A stretch of 63,876 nt of DNA, counting the filler, from Vezdaea acicularis (Eukaryota): the NCBI GenBank assembly GCA_026025075.1. It is 3 parts of 3 records of this genome, joined end to end, with 100 filler letters (N's around TTAATTAATTAA, not from the genome) between each part and the next. Parts side by side here need not be neighbours in the genome. Positions count along the whole stretch, not along the records: positions 1 to 30,199 come from JAPEUI010000162.1; 2 more parts are not named here. One strand, 5' to 3'. Position 1 is the first letter of the stretch, and each line of letters opens with the position of its first letter. A model generated the notes under the pieces. It was not told the origin of the DNA and ran no database searches. It worked only from the letters and a program-made list of their open reading frames with translations. Positions 11,542-24,696 of this stretch are shown one piece after another. A program made the position numbers and the translations under genes.

Positions 11542-13577
11542 TTATCGGACAGTAGTCGTCATCCACGCAGTCGTTGTGACTGTAACTGTCTTCTCACCAG
11601 CCTCGGTCGACATTGGACGAATGGTGATTGCTGGCCCAGAAGCTGTAGTTATAATAGTACTGCTAGTCTGGCTGACAGAGGTTGCGAATCCTGACGGCGA
11701 AGGGTTGGAGCTAATGAGGGAGGATGCTGGGCTGGCATTTGCCACAGATGCGCTCGAGAATGACTTTGGTGTAGGCGATATGGTTAGAGTGTATACACCC
11801 CCCCCAACCGAGCTTGCTGTGATTGCAGTGATGGTGACGCTCGACGTGCCCGACGGACCCTTAGCCGTTGTTGTAGGGCCAGTTGAAAGTGTAACAAATG
11901 ATCCAGTAGAGCTACTTCCGCTGGGCTGGGTGGATGTGCTTGTATAAGTGGACCCGGTACCAGTCGTTGAGAGAGTACTGGTGGCCGAGCTGGACGTCTG
12001 CGAACCAGCTGGAGACGTAGAAGGTGCGGTAGGTAGATTAGACTGACTCAATTTCTCTGCCGCATCTGCAGGAGTGTCACACTGAATCGTAACACCCTGG
12101 ACGGCAGGTAAAGCATAGCACTGAGAACCACTGGCACAGCCAATTATTTTATATTTTCCACCCTGACACTGTGCCATTTGGCCTCCAACGCAAGCCAAAT
12201 CTTGTGAAGGCCCGTTGCTTGTACAAGATGATGAAGGTGTTAACGTCGCGAAAGCAGCGTTCAGCTGAGTGGCCATCGCAACGCTGTCGACTGTTGAAGA
12301 GGCCGAAGTCGTTGACGTTACGAAGGGCGCCGTGGACGATGTTTGCGCTTGTGATACTGAAGTAGTAGGGGATACAGCAACTGAGGAGGTAGAGGCCTTC
12401 GTTGTCATAGCAGTTGAATAGGAAGTATGATCTGCAGTAGAAGTATCACTAGTTTGACTTTCAGCAGCTGAAGTTATGGAGGCTGTTTCTGAGCTCGTCG
12501 TCAAAGCGGCGCTTGCGCTTGCCGATGCCCCAGTTTGGTATCCGCTGAGGCTTACTACACTATACGAAGAAGCTGGACTTTGTCCTGGAGGATGAGGAGA
12601 CAAGCTGGCGGTGGCTGATAGTGAAGGCAAAGTATATGATGGTGCAGTGTTTGTCGAGGTATGCGCTTGGGTGCTACTTGAGCCTGAAGCGACAGTCGTT
12701 GTAGATGCAGTACCAGAAGACACTGGCAATGCAGTAGGCGCTGGGATTGGAGATGAAGCTGAACTGAAACTTGAAGGGAGATAGCTGGCACCAGGCGCCA
12801 ACGGAGTGGGAGTTGGAGATCCGCCTCCAGATGCTGAGTAGGACCATGATACATAAGACGGGCTAGATGCAGGGAGGCTTGGGGTTCCCGTGTAGGAATA
12901 TGCGGCTGGTAGAGAAGTTGGAGAGGATGAAGCCGCAGCTCGTGGGGAAGAGATCAGAGTGCTTGTGCTAGAATAGGTCAAAGACAGAGGAGAGGGCGCA
13001 GGAGTAACCGTGCTACCAGAAGTTGAAGTCACGCTGGCAGTTGAAGTAGTGCCAGGCATCGTATTCGTGCTCGGAGTTACACTGGTACTGGAACTTGTGG
13101 CGGAAGTGTGACTTATGGTGGTGCTTAGACTCGGAGTTGTGGCAACAGTGGTCGTGGCGCTAGTCGTGCTTAATGTCGTCGGCTGTGATGAAGAGGAGCT
13201 CGGTGGTGAAAAGACAAAGGTGTAGGGCACTGTGCTAGCGCTCTGAGTTGCAATCGCAGATCCACTAACATCGGTAAAGGTCGCACCGGGCAGAGTTACT
13301 TTGGAGGTGGTAGATGAGCCTGGCAAGATTGTAATTGCTGGTGTCTTGGTGGTAGATACGGTTGTAGCCTCTTTGGTCGAGGCGGGCGTTGTATAGTCTG
13401 TCGGATTAGGTGCTCGTTCATTAAGTCCCTTGGCGAAGCTATAGATTTCTTAGCAGCTATCATTTGTCTTCGTACACGGAAACCTTACTCAAATTTGTAA
13501 CTTCTGTGTCGTAGCGGGCCAGCCGCGATCGTATCGACGATGCTAAGAAAGAGCAAAGAAAAAATATAGAGCTGCAT
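11542..13577 (-). CDS. Secreted Ser/Thr-rich mucin-like protein with CBM19-like Cys-rich module
   Basis: Signal peptide MQLYIFSLLFLSIVDTIAAG at 13577; intron 13439-13488 joins it in frame to the 594-aa ORF; motif ATLTPSSSC..ACVGGQMAQCQGGKYKIIGCASGSQCYALP..ITIQCDT. Confidence 0.75.
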
Positions 13578-14862
13578 ACTGAGCTAGAGGAATGAGCTTC
13601 AAACCTTGCACAGCAAGATCACCCCGCGGAAATGAAAGGAATGTGAAGAATGAGGTAGGCAGTGAGATGTGGGGTCACTGGCAATATTAAAAGAGGGAGA
13701 AGATGTGGTGGCAAGACAGCAAGGAAACACAAAAGAAAGACTTTGGCCAAAGAACGACAGAGCAAGGGAAAGAACGACTAAGAAAAACGGTCGAGCGGGA
13801 CTATTTCGTCTTCCGACAGAGATCAGGGCGAGATCTTGTAGTTTCGAAATACTCCATGGGTCACGCAGTCCAGGCTGATTACGCGCCGCTGTCGTACCAT
13901 TTTTATCAACCATCACTATGGTGGATCTCAAGAAGACGACGAGGAGGGATGATGGGCTATAGCTGGCGGTACTTGAGACGCGATACTGGCGAGCTATCCG
14001 TCCCGAACAGCGCCAGTCTCCCAAAGACTGACTGTCTGGTCTGGGGCCATTGTAACCTAACATTTTGAAACCGACGGTTGCGCGTTCTAGTCGCCAAAGA
14101 TCAAAGTTGGACACTCCTAGAAAGAAGGAAGAAAGACATGGCAAGGAAAGCAGGAAGTTTCAGTCCCTGATCCGAGCGTTATAAAACGGACGACGGTATT
14201 GGCTGGAGGTGGCCGAAATCGAAAGCTTCTCTGTCCTCACGGAGTCGGTTCGGAGTTAGTTCCACGGCGGGGCGCATCCGGAGTTGGTAGCGAGACCCTT
14301 GCTATCGGCGCGATTGGTTGGCGTTCGCGCGTTGCCACCTCGCAGCGAGACGCCAGTAGAGCCTCCCATTCATCTTGTCCAGAAATATCTGAAACGCGAA
14401 GTGTCCATTCGGACGACTTGTCCCTTGACTCACACTTATGCCACAATGTTCACAGTGAGGTAAATGAGGTACGCACGCTCTGTTGAAGCGAAAAACTCTT
14501 AACAAAAACCACCAAAACTTGGACATGCAAGTTACGGTTGAATTGTAGTGGAGTGGGCCAGAGTCTGACTTGTGAATGCAGATTGGCCTCGCTTCACGCA
14601 TCAAAGTGTATCCAAACTTTTTGCGCGCCCTCTGTAACACGCGACCGGGTGATGAAATGATGTTCTGCAGACGATCTTATTTGTTCAACCACATGACGTG
14701 CATCAGTGTGCATAGTATCCAAGCTATTCTGGAGTGATCTGGTCTGACGGGCTTCTGCTTGATAACTTGACGGCGGACCGATTACCAGTGCTTGACAATG
14801 GCAAGGAGCACAGTCGATATAAAGTGTAACTATACATCTGATAACAGCACGACCATTCTTGC

Positions 14863-15903
14863 TCAGTCAGGTGTGCATCTTCTCCGCGCTCCTTCTTTCG
14901 GGACCCTCCTCGACTTCAAGTAGGGTTCCCGTTTCCTCCACTCTGTTCGCCCTCTTTCTCTTGGCCTCGATCTACTCGCGCATTTCGTCCGCCCCGGTGT
15001 TACTCCGTCTTCATCGTATTGAACCCACCTATCCCAGTCCTCTACTCTTTCGTAAGGGCTCCTTAACCATGCCTTCAACTCATGTAGAAATAAGCTTGTG
15101 TTTTCCCTGCCTAAAAACTCCGAAACCATGTCTGCGGCTTGTCCGGCGTGACCTCCAATATCTACCGTTTTCAGGATGGCAATGATATACTCAAGTAAGA
15201 ACTCGGCGTTTGAGGCCAAGGAGCGGCCCGATGCTGCATTGGTTGTTATTGCCGAGGAACTGGCGTCTTGTTGAGAGGGAGATGTCGAGGATAGGAAAGT
15301 GAAGACTTGAAGCTCACGACGAATCCAAGTCTTCGCGCGGGTAATTAACAAATCGGACCTAGCAAAGAGGTTTGGAGTGAGGTTGGTATATTGAGACATT
15401 CTATTCGACCCAACATGTAAGGAATACAGGCCGTGGGCGTAGATGTAGCGGCGACGAGCAATGGCTGCTTCTGGGCTACTTCTGGCGGCTACTGGGATAT
15501 ATGGTATACTCGAGTTTCGAGGTCTAGGGTGCGTACTTCGCAAATATGTACGCTGGGGAGCTGGAGGATGGCGCTCCGGATGAAACACTGTCGATTCCGT
15601 CTTTACCTCTGATTTTGCAGGTACAATATAAAGCTCTTTCTTTCCACAAGCATCAGCTATATACTCTACCCCCGTTACCAAGACTTTGCACAATGGACAT
15701 GTTGGCCGTTGAGACAGCCAAGATATTAGACAAGAGAAGTCAAAATTCGTGTGCAAGCATGGGACGGCAGTAGCGGGGCCGCTGATCTGGGAGAGACAGA
15801 TGACACAAAGGTCAGCTTCATCGTTGGGAGGTTCGCCGTTGATCTGCAGGAGCGTTTGTTGTGATCCCGAGGCCGGGGAAGCTGCAAGGTTGCCTGAACC
15901 CAT
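14863..15903 (-). CDS. C3HC4 RING E3 ligase, Topors-like
   Basis: CVICLSQISGPATAVPCLHTNFDFSCLISWLSQRPTCPLCK; RRRYIYAHGLYSLHVG, WIRREL, LFLHELKAWLRSPY; first ATG at 15903. Confidence 0.85.
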   Translation of the reverse strand: MGSGNLAASPASGSQQTLLQINGEPPNDEADLCVICLSQISGPATAVPCLHTNFDFSCLISWLSQRPTCPLCKVLVTGVEYIADACGKKELYIVPAKSEVKTESTVFHPERHPPAPQRTYLRSTHPRPRNSSIPYIPVAARSSPEAAIARRRYIYAHGLYSLHVGSNRMSQYTNLTPNLFARSDLLITRAKTWIRRELQVFTFLSSTSPSQQDASSSAITTNAASGRSLASNAEFLLEYIIAILKTVDIGGHAGQAADMVSEFLGRENTSLFLHELKAWLRSPYERVEDWDRWVQYDEDGVTPGRTKCASRSRPRERGRTEWRKREPYLKSRRVPKEGARRRCTPD

Positions 15904-16171
15904 GGAAAGCAGACCGTGCTCAGATAAGGAGAGTGGCAAGAAGCATCTGAAGTTTCGCAAAAGGCAAGACGATGATCACGAACTCCAACATGGAAAGTAC
16001 AGATAGTGCTTCTCTTACTGTACATCCCACCTGGAACTCAGAGCAGTCTGCAAAACCCAAAGAAACATATGGTAAAGGTGCAAGGCAAAGTTAACCTAAA
16101 TTTCTAAAGTGTGATGCCTTAGATGCTTAAGTACTAGGATGCTGTGGCACGACAAGATTATTACCGAGGCT

Positions 16172-16207
16172 ACGCGTGATGTCGGTTCACAACCTCGCGC
16201 TTCGCGT
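16172..16207. promoter_or_regulatory. MCB-like (ACGCGT/CGCG) cell-cycle boxes in the SLD2/RING divergent promoter
   Basis: ACGCGT 16172-16177, TCGCGC near 16195, TTCGCGT 16201-16207, about 80-110 bp upstream of the SLD2 ATG. Confidence 0.5.
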
Positions 16208-16284
16208 GTGCATCAACCGTCCCAAAATGGACTCTTTCCACGTCTGCTACTCGAACATCATCTAATTTCTCAAGGCAAAGCAAC

Positions 16285-17845
16285 ATGTCTACAAGCAATG
16301 ATACAGCATCCAAAAGAATTGTAAACTCGCTTAGACAGGAATTAAAGGAATGGGAGAAGACGTTCGCTACTGCTAACGGTGGCCGGAAAGCGGGACGCGA
16401 TGATATCAAGAAGAACCCTGCTATTGGTGAGTAGCCATTTGGAACTTCTTCAAACTTTTCACGTCCCGCTAACCTGGACGCCTATAGCTTCAAAATACAA
16501 AGAATATACTTTTCTGCGCTCTCTCCCCTCAAAGGATCTATCTAAGACTGCTCCAACTGGAGGACTAACCCCCTCTGCATCTCGGAAACGCAAACCGGAA
16601 GACCCATTCCTCGCAACCCCGTCAAAACGAAGTCGCCAGGCCCTTACTAAGACCAACGAGGCATCTACGCCTCGCAAGAAAATAAGTACTTCAACTTCAG
16701 ACCTTTATGACTCGCCTTCTGCGGTCCGCAAGCTCTTCACGCCTCCTGTTTTGCGTACTTCCATAGGGCCAACACCACAGAAGAATGGACATGTATTAGG
16801 GCTTTTTGATTGCCTTACACCCCCAGAGTTGACACGATCTATAAGTGTTACGCCCCAGAAAAGCTCCAGCGAGCTATCAAACAACTGTGCGCCGCTTTCA
16901 GCAAGAAAAGTCCTGCCCAATTACGTAACGCCTTCTAAATCGCATGCATCGTTCACACACCATGGTGGAACGCAGTCCGTATCAAAACTCGATTTTACAA
17001 CTCCAGAGTTCCTTCGTCGAGCCCCGGCTCCCCATCATCGAAAGTCTTCTGAAGCCCATATGGAAGGCATCCGGCAAGACGGCACCGAAGATACTATATC
17101 TAATTCCCCAGTGCTTGCCTGTATGCCTGCCAAGCCACCTGTAAGGGGACTAAGCTCTATGCTTGCGAAATTAAGACAGATGGAAGAAGAGGCTCTGGAC
17201 GAGGACCTAGATGTTCTCCGCGAGATTGAAGCTGATGGAAAAGATGCGAACTCAGTACGTGAAGGAAAGAAAACGGAATCCCTGGTCAAACACAGCCAGG
17301 TAGAGCTGCCGCTTGGGGCAGACGGCGTCGGAACAGATGGGAAAGAGGAAGTCAGTGATGATAGCGACATTAGTAGGGAAGGCTTGGGACGGGATGGAAA
17401 GCCCTTGATGGTATGGAAAAAACGAGGTCAAAAGAGAACAACTAAAAGGGTCAACATGCGACCAGTACGCCAGAAGCTACCGCGCCAACTTCAGGGTCTA
17501 CCAACAGACGAAGATGTGGCTAGAGGACTTGTTGTTTCCGCGTCATGTGTGCCACAGGCTTCCGAGTCTTCAGAATCGAGCGACATCTCCGGACCTCGTG
17601 GCTCGAAGAGCCAACCTACCTCGCCGGCTTGCGATACGGAGTATCCGTTAACAGCTGATCAAAGAGCATATGCTGAGAGGGATAAGAAACCTGGCAAGGC
17701 TAAATCCAGCGGAATTGTCAAGAAAGTGTTAAGAAAAGTGAATGCGCAAGCACACACAAACTTTCGTCGCCTCAAATTGAGGAATAAGGGTTCCAGAGGC
17801 CAAGGAGGCGGGTCTAAGTTTGGCGGAAGAGGCAGGCGGAGATGA
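16285..17845 (+). CDS. SLD2: DNA replication regulator Sld2/Drc1
   Basis: Exon 1 LRQELKEWEKTFATANGGRKAGRDDIKKNPAI, intron 16427-16487, then ASKYKEY; IGPTPQKNGHVLGLFD; many S/TP CDK sites; WKKRGQKRTTKRVNMRP; NFRRLKLRN. Confidence 0.9.
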
Positions 17846-18084
17846 CATCTGTGCATTGAAGTTGTGCAGGATTACATAGATTTAGTATAAACTTCTAATC
17901 CGTAATCAAAATGCAAAACTAAACCTTCCGTAGTATACACATCAAGCTAATGACTAACTTCCAGAGTATGCAATCTATCCCATCTGGGTGTAGAAGTGAC
18001 CCCTTCCGCCATTTTCGTTGACCCACGATTGAGTTGTATGTAGTAAAGTTTGATTATCCCGTCTATTCACTCTTTTCATCTCCA

Positions 18085-19081
18085 TCACGCCTCTACGAAT
18101 CCCTTCACTGCACCTAACCATCTGACATACTCTCTCTGCTCTTTCCAGTCGATATAATCCGGCACGAATAGTGCTAAAGCAGTGTTCACACCCCTCTCAT
18201 CTAGATATCGCTCCAAAAGGATCTGTAAGTCTTCATCTAGATTTCCAAACTCAGGCGAGTATAAATCTACATCATCGGACTTCTTTCCCTCAGGTACATA
18301 AAGGACCGATTCGACAACTATTGAGCCGTCTTGCGCTATCGTGCCTATATCAAGATGGCCTTGACCTGGTTTCTTGACTTTGACAGATATGCGTGCTGGA
18401 TATGACGTACCCTCCGGGCCTGAAAGCTCGTCATCTTCTTCAGCTTCAGCCGCTCCGGTTGCTTCTGCTGGATTTGAACTCGAGGATTGACTCTCTTGTT
18501 CATCAGCAAGGGCTGGATCGTCTTCAGATGGATAGGGGCTATCAACGTCATCTTCAAGTGCGTTGATGTCGTCGGTGGAGAATGTGACAGTGATTTGTTC
18601 ATCACCAAATTGGCGTGTTAATGTAACGATTTCACTACCAGGAGCATCGGTGATCTGGTAGGTAATAACTTAGAGTCTTGGTGCATATGGCGCATAGAGG
18701 GGGGTTATACCTTAAATGGTCCATTCTCAAGATAATCCTTTGCAGAAACTGGCATCTTCTCATCTGGATTTTGATCCTTCTCAAGCTGCACTTCCGACTC
18801 TAGCTTCGCTATCAATTCGCCGTCGACTATTATACTAACGTTAGTAACCCGGCACTATTATTGGACAAACATGTGTTCATATTACCCTCGCCCTCTTTCT
18901 CATACCACGCTCTCGATGTTGAGAAGGCGGAGACGGCCCGCGGCGCAAGTTGTTGCTTCCATGAGGCTTGTAAGGGTGAGCTCGAGGTTCTGATCGTTGA
19001 GAGCGGTCTTGAGACAATAGTGTTTTGAGCACGCGATGATACGCGAGATATAATTCGTGTGAGAGCGCGGATGGAAAACAT
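18085..19081 (-). CDS. MAM33: Mitochondrial acidic matrix protein Mam33 (p32/C1QBP family), 3 exons
   Basis: Mitochondrial presequence MFSIRALTRIISRVSSR; ITDAPGSEIVTLTRQFGDEQITVTFS; C-terminus ..EQREYVRWLGAVKGFVEA*. Confidence 0.85.
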
Positions 19082-19497
19082 TTTCAATGGATTGTCACTA
19101 AGGGGGGTAAGATTCTATTCGGTGATGTCGATACTCAAGGTAAGAGAGATCGGCACTCAAAGATACTTTGCAAGAAACTTTCTTGCGCCAAGCTTTTATG
19201 GTGAGCGAGAAGGACCATTAGCGCCTCTTCGTATTTGCAGGGGTCCTTCGCGTCGGCGCGTCTCTCGAACAGGGAGCGTCCGTACACAGCCGTCGTCTCT
19301 CACGAATTCCTTGCAACTGGATTCGATCGGATCTTGCATCTACTAGCACTGATGTTTCTTAGGGTGTCCTCCTTTAGCTGATTTTGTATCCGTTGCTTAC
19401 ACAACATTCTTTTGTATCATGCTCGGAGTTCCTTGTCCGGCGTAAATAAAACCTTAGTTAAGGTTGGTTTCGTGAACATCAGGGATTGAGCGCTACA

Positions 19498-21935
19498 ATG
19501 GGTATAAATGGTCTGTCAAGCTCTAGTGATGAATCTAGACTATCATTTTATCATATACGGGATGCTCACAGCTAATCAGGACTACTACCATTGCTCAAGT
19601 CCATTCACAAACCGTGCAACCTTAGGAAATTCTCTGGGCAAACCCTTGGAGTCGATGCATATGGATGGCTCCATCGAGGCACGGTGGCGTGCGCCATGGA
19701 GCTTGCTCTCGGGAAGCCAACCACCAAGTTTGTCCCCGATAGGGTTACAGGAATGATCAAGCTGAACTTCTTGATAGGTTTGTTGACTTCGCTATGCATC
19801 GAGTCCGAATGCTGCAACATTTTGGAGTCGTTCCATTCCTTGTCTTTGATGGCGACTACCTACCAAGTAAGGCGGTAACGGAGACTGAACGAGAAAAGAG
19901 AAGAGCAGATGCCAGGAAGGCTGGTTTGGAGCTACACCAGATGGGCAAAATGTCTCAGGCATACCTTGAATTTCAAAAGGCAGTGGACGTTTCGCCCGAG
20001 ATGGCCAAGCAATTGATCAACGAATTGAAGCGCGTTGGTGTGCAGTTCGTCGTCGCCCCCTACGAAGCTGACGCGCAGCTTGCGTATCTGGAACGGAAAG
20101 GCATTATTTCAGCAATCATCTCTGAAGATTCAGATCTCCTTGTGTTCGGGACTAGATGCCTCTTAACGAAGCTGGACCAATATGGGGATTGCGTTGAGAT
20201 AAATCGTGCAGATTTCACCGCATGCAAGGACATAAGCATGGTTGGATGGTCAGACGTGGAGTTCCGACAAATGGCCATTCTTAGCGGCTGTGATTATCTA
20301 CCTAGCATCAACAAGATGGGGCTAAAGACAGCCTACCGATTGATTCGAAAATACAAGCAGGTAGACAGACTCATACGATCTATCCAATTCGACGGCCAAT
20401 TTCGTGTCCCAACTGGCTATTTGGAAGCCTTCAGGCAAGCAGAATTGACTTTCTTATATCAACGGGTGTTTTGTCCGACGAGTAATCAACTCGTGCTAAA
20501 CACCGACTTGGAAGACGGGCTCGAAGGGAGCGACATGGCTTTCATTGGACAGCGCGTGGAGAGCAAATTAGCCATTGGAGTTGCGCGTGGTGATTTACAT
20601 CCAATGACCAAGCTTCCCCTAGAGCCCAGGCAAGATACGAGGACCGTACCGCCCCGGCAAGCCGTAAGACGTCATCCTCTGAGGAATGTTTCTGATGAGA
20701 ATTCCACACCGAAAAAAGACTCCAAGGGATGCAGGAACATCGAAAACTTCTTCAAACCTAATCGAACACCACTGGCTGAGCTTGATCCTAACAGCTTCAC
20801 GCCGTCTCCACATCAGCGCCAAACACTTCAGGCAAATTCTGCAGTGACCTGGACTTCAAGTCCAGCCCCAAGTAGAAGCCGCTTACCCAGCACAGCTCCC
20901 AGTATCTCGACTGCGCAGCCGTCGGCCCTGCGCTCGGCGCCTCCTGTTTGCCGGCGTGTGTCAGTTGACGCTTGTGCTAGGCAGTCCTTGAATGGGGAAA
21001 GACCAGCAAAGAAACCCCGTCTATGCGCTGAAGACACCAGGGATCTGGCAACGCCGGGTACGGATGACTTCGCGGTCGCACGGAGCCGGTTCTTCAATTC
21101 TTCAGCATCATCGGCGTCTCCCACAACTCGCATAAAACCGCCGCGGCGAGTAAGGCAAGATGAGTTTCTTATCTTCTCTGATGACTCTCTAGAAGAGTAT
21201 TTGGCCAATCTGCCCACCGACAATTGTGCGGATGAGATGCCCTCCGAATCGCGGGGAGAATTCAAGGGCCAGGGTAGCCCGCCTGAAAATGTTGTGAAGG
21301 AGCCACCACTCAACACTGATCGAATACGTTATCCTGTGAAGGACACCCTGGATCGAAAATCCGTCGCTGTAGCTGCGACGCCAACAGATGTTCGTGCTAA
21401 GACGTCAGAAGTTCCTGTCGATTCATTACTCGGAAGTACGACATGGTTTAATGACCATTTGCTAGGTCATCAAACCTGTGCGTCGCCAATTGAGGCCTCC
21501 TCTCTGAAGAAGCAATCAGAGAAGGCCCATGCCAAGCTCGGGAAGGTCCTTAGAGACGACAGAGCAGTCGCCGACTCTCGACAACCGTTTCCAAAAAAGA
21601 GGAACTTAACTCCTCTGCAAAAAATTGGAATCGGAGCGATAGCCAGAGTAACGTCGGCTGATTTGGCAAGGAGCGACACGAAGAGATCCCAACTGCTCCA
21701 TGGTGATGACGTCTTTCGGTTAGCGTTGGAAGGAAACAGACCTCAGGAGATGAGAAAGGGAGAGAAAGATAGGGCGGTAGTGGGCGAGTCTCGCGGTAGT
21801 GAAGATATGATCATTCCCGATAGTGACGACGAAAGTCGCACAACGTCTGACGCGAGCGGAGACGAGAAGAATCCTTCTTTGGATTTAACCAAATACGCCT
21901 TTACGCCTAGAAAAGTAGATGGTCAAGTTTTGTGA
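19498..21935 (+). CDS. EXO1: Exonuclease 1 (XPG/Rad2 family), 3 exons
   Basis: MGING|LLPLLKSI..GVDAYGWLHRG; VFDGDYLPSK; VVAPYEADAQLAYL; SEDSDLLVFG; ILSGCDYLPSI. Confidence 0.95.
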
Positions 21936-23014
21936 CCACTCCGAGGATTGCACTTTGGGTATACTCTATGAAGCTAGGGAACAGTTGCTCCTACACGGCC
22001 ATACTAGAAACGAGCTCAAGGGAGCAGTTTCTTATGAAAAGACCTTCAGCTTCACGGATATGGAAAGGGCGTCGAACAGGTTGGAGGTACTTCTTAAACC
22101 CCCAGAACCCGGACTGAGCCTCTCGGCACTGTATAGTCCATCCTTGGAAATATCAATGATTACCTGAAAATTGAAGACACCTTCAGAGCGAGTGCTATGC
22201 TTTCGCCAATGGGGCGATGGCTGTTATTTGTGGAGGGCGATAAAGTCGGCCCTATCCGGCGCGTCGGAGAGCCAAGGAATTCGGCGGGGGTTGGATGAAC
22301 CGATTTGTGGCCCTCCCCCGTTCGCTAGGCATTAAGCGAAAATGCCCAAGCGCGGAAGCGGGCGCACGCCACTGGTTCCTTCGCTGAGTTGCCTTAGCGA
22401 TCGCTCTGTTTACGCTGTCGATCGTCCCTCGGCTAGAATTCATCCCAGCCTCCAGCACGGTGCACCGGTGGCTGGACGAACTATATGCAACCACGGTGCG
22501 TCAGGATACCCTCCAACTCATTGCTCATCACCAACCTCTTCTTTTCCCCCGAAACGGCTGCTCCCTACCCGTCATTAGCAATTTACCGCAGGAAAAGAAG
22601 GACCGTGCTTGGGATATCCTGCAGACATTGAGATTCTTTCTCCTACATTCCTTCTTACACCCCTCATCACTCATACCCGGCAGAGCTCTGATCTAACTTC
22701 CATGCCATACTGTGTATAGTCTCCTACTCTTTTCACGAACTCGACAGGCGCGGAGACTTGCTAGAACTTTCTATCGACAAACGCCTACGACTAGTATCAT
22801 TGTTTGTGCAAGCCAGGCCCGCATTCCTCAATCTTCCATCTACAGCTTCAAGTTATCCCATCGCCACATATTTTGCAGCCAAATCGACTTAATCTCGGCG
22901 ACGTTTAGTCGCTCCGAGATTTGGAGCACACAATCTTAGGATTGTGTTCGAACCTGGAGCATTCCAGGGCGGAGACCCGTGTCGGCGAGCAGGAGCCCCG
23001 TTTCGTCCGTAGAG

Positions 23015-23995
23015 ATGGCGAATGTCAGATTTGCGGTTGGGATACAAAGTGGGTTTTCACGTTTTTTCAAGGGCATCTGTGTTAGTCGCTGACACAATCG
23101 CTAGGATTGATACCGTTTCTGGGTTATCATCATGTTCTTATGATCCTCATTGCCATAGCGATAATACTGCTCTGTAAGTAGGCCCTCGTCTTCAATCTCG
23201 AAGAAACCCGACTGACGGATTCCTCTAGCTCTATTATTAGCGGGCTGCTCTTCATCATCGCCCTTAATACCCTCCATCTTCCTCATCTCCCTCTACTATC
23301 AATCCTATCCACCGACCTACAGCCCTGCACAAGTTGACCCCGGCGTGACGACTGCGATCCACAACATTGTGGGTCGGGCTCAACTTGAAGCTCGTGTTGG
23401 CTACTTTGGGATTTGCATAAATGCAGACGGAGGATCGTGGCTTTGCAGCAACAACGCCAGTAGTCTCGCTGCACAAGTCAGCGTGGACCAAGATCCCCTT
23501 AATCTCATCTGGGTCGCAAGCACATTCAAAGATTCGATTGTGTTCCCATACCTAATGTGAGTAAATATCGGAAACTATCTTGTGGACCTCAGACATGCTT
23601 ACAATATTTACAGAATCGTAGCAGTGGTGCTCGCGTTCATCTGCCTCCTGTTACTGGCGACGTTCCCGGCATGGCACGATGAAGGTGACGGGGATGAGGA
23701 GCGCCTCGTGAAGCCCTTCCCATCCCGGCCGGTATCGCAGACCGCTCTCGCTATCATATTCATCGCCTCCATATTCGTGCTCGTATCTGTTCTATGGCAG
23801 CACACCGCTTCTGTTGCCGCTGCAACAATAGCTCAAGATCTCGGAAATGGAAGCGTCAAGAGCGGGGTTGGTACCAGCGCAATGATATTGGGTTGGTTTG
23901 GCTTCGCATTACTGATCATAGTAACGGTGGGATTGTTGGTAATGATACTGAGTATTCACCTGTTAGAGAAGATAACGGACCCTGAAGAAGCTTGA
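23015..23995 (+). CDS. FIG1: Fig1-family Ca2+ regulator / membrane fusion protein (claudin-like), 4 exons
   Basis: LIPFLGYHHVLMILIAIAIILLSLLLAGCSS; RVGYFGIC claudin-like motif; DPLNLIW; KPFPSRPVSQ; LWQHTASVAA; four TM helices. Confidence 0.85.
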
Positions 23996-24696
23996 GCCCC
24001 TTGTCAAGAAAGGCCTCACCGGAGCCAGACCAGGTTTTGGCCTGGACAAATTTCAATTTCTAGCGAGCATATACTACTCCTTCATTCGAGCAGAATATTC
24101 GGGGCGAGGGTGCCCGAACACTTGTGCCTCTAATCAGCATTTTCAGGGGCATTTTGCATTTGTCAACATGGGGTTTCTCCTTTAGCGGCGTCACAGGTAG
24201 AAATGTGACTGGGAAGCAATTTGGACGGAAAGAAAGGGCGAGTGGGTGAGTGGGTTTCCACTTGCTGTAGATCGATCCTGAAGGGCGATGCAGATGTAGA
24301 TTACTCGCACAGTGGTCAGTAGAACCACTCGACACGTGCCACGGCATTAGGAAATAAATTATGAACCAAATCAGATCAATGCGTCGCAAATGCTCTATTT
24401 CAATAAGCACTCCTGATGAGTAAAGCTTTAAGCGCTAAGTAGTGCTTAGCTCTGAAGTCTCATCGAATCCGCTCGTCGGGTTGGGGCGAGTGGCAAGAAT
24501 TCAAATCAGGGTCGGTATCGAGGCCTAATCGCCATCCCAATCCCGAGCGATAAGTAATGGAGCGAGCCAAATAACACCTCTACTACTAATGGTCGCTTCA
24601 TGACTACTAAAGTTACAGTATAACACTCCATGTCCTATGCATGAAATCCACGCCTTTCCACTCCACTCTCTATTGACTTAGTGTAGGTATCTGCCC

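Noticed and set aside
24470..24550. Imperfect hairpin between the FIG1 and AP-1 beta 3' ends
   Set aside because: Several bulges, no TSD or RNA-family motif, and compatible with chance.
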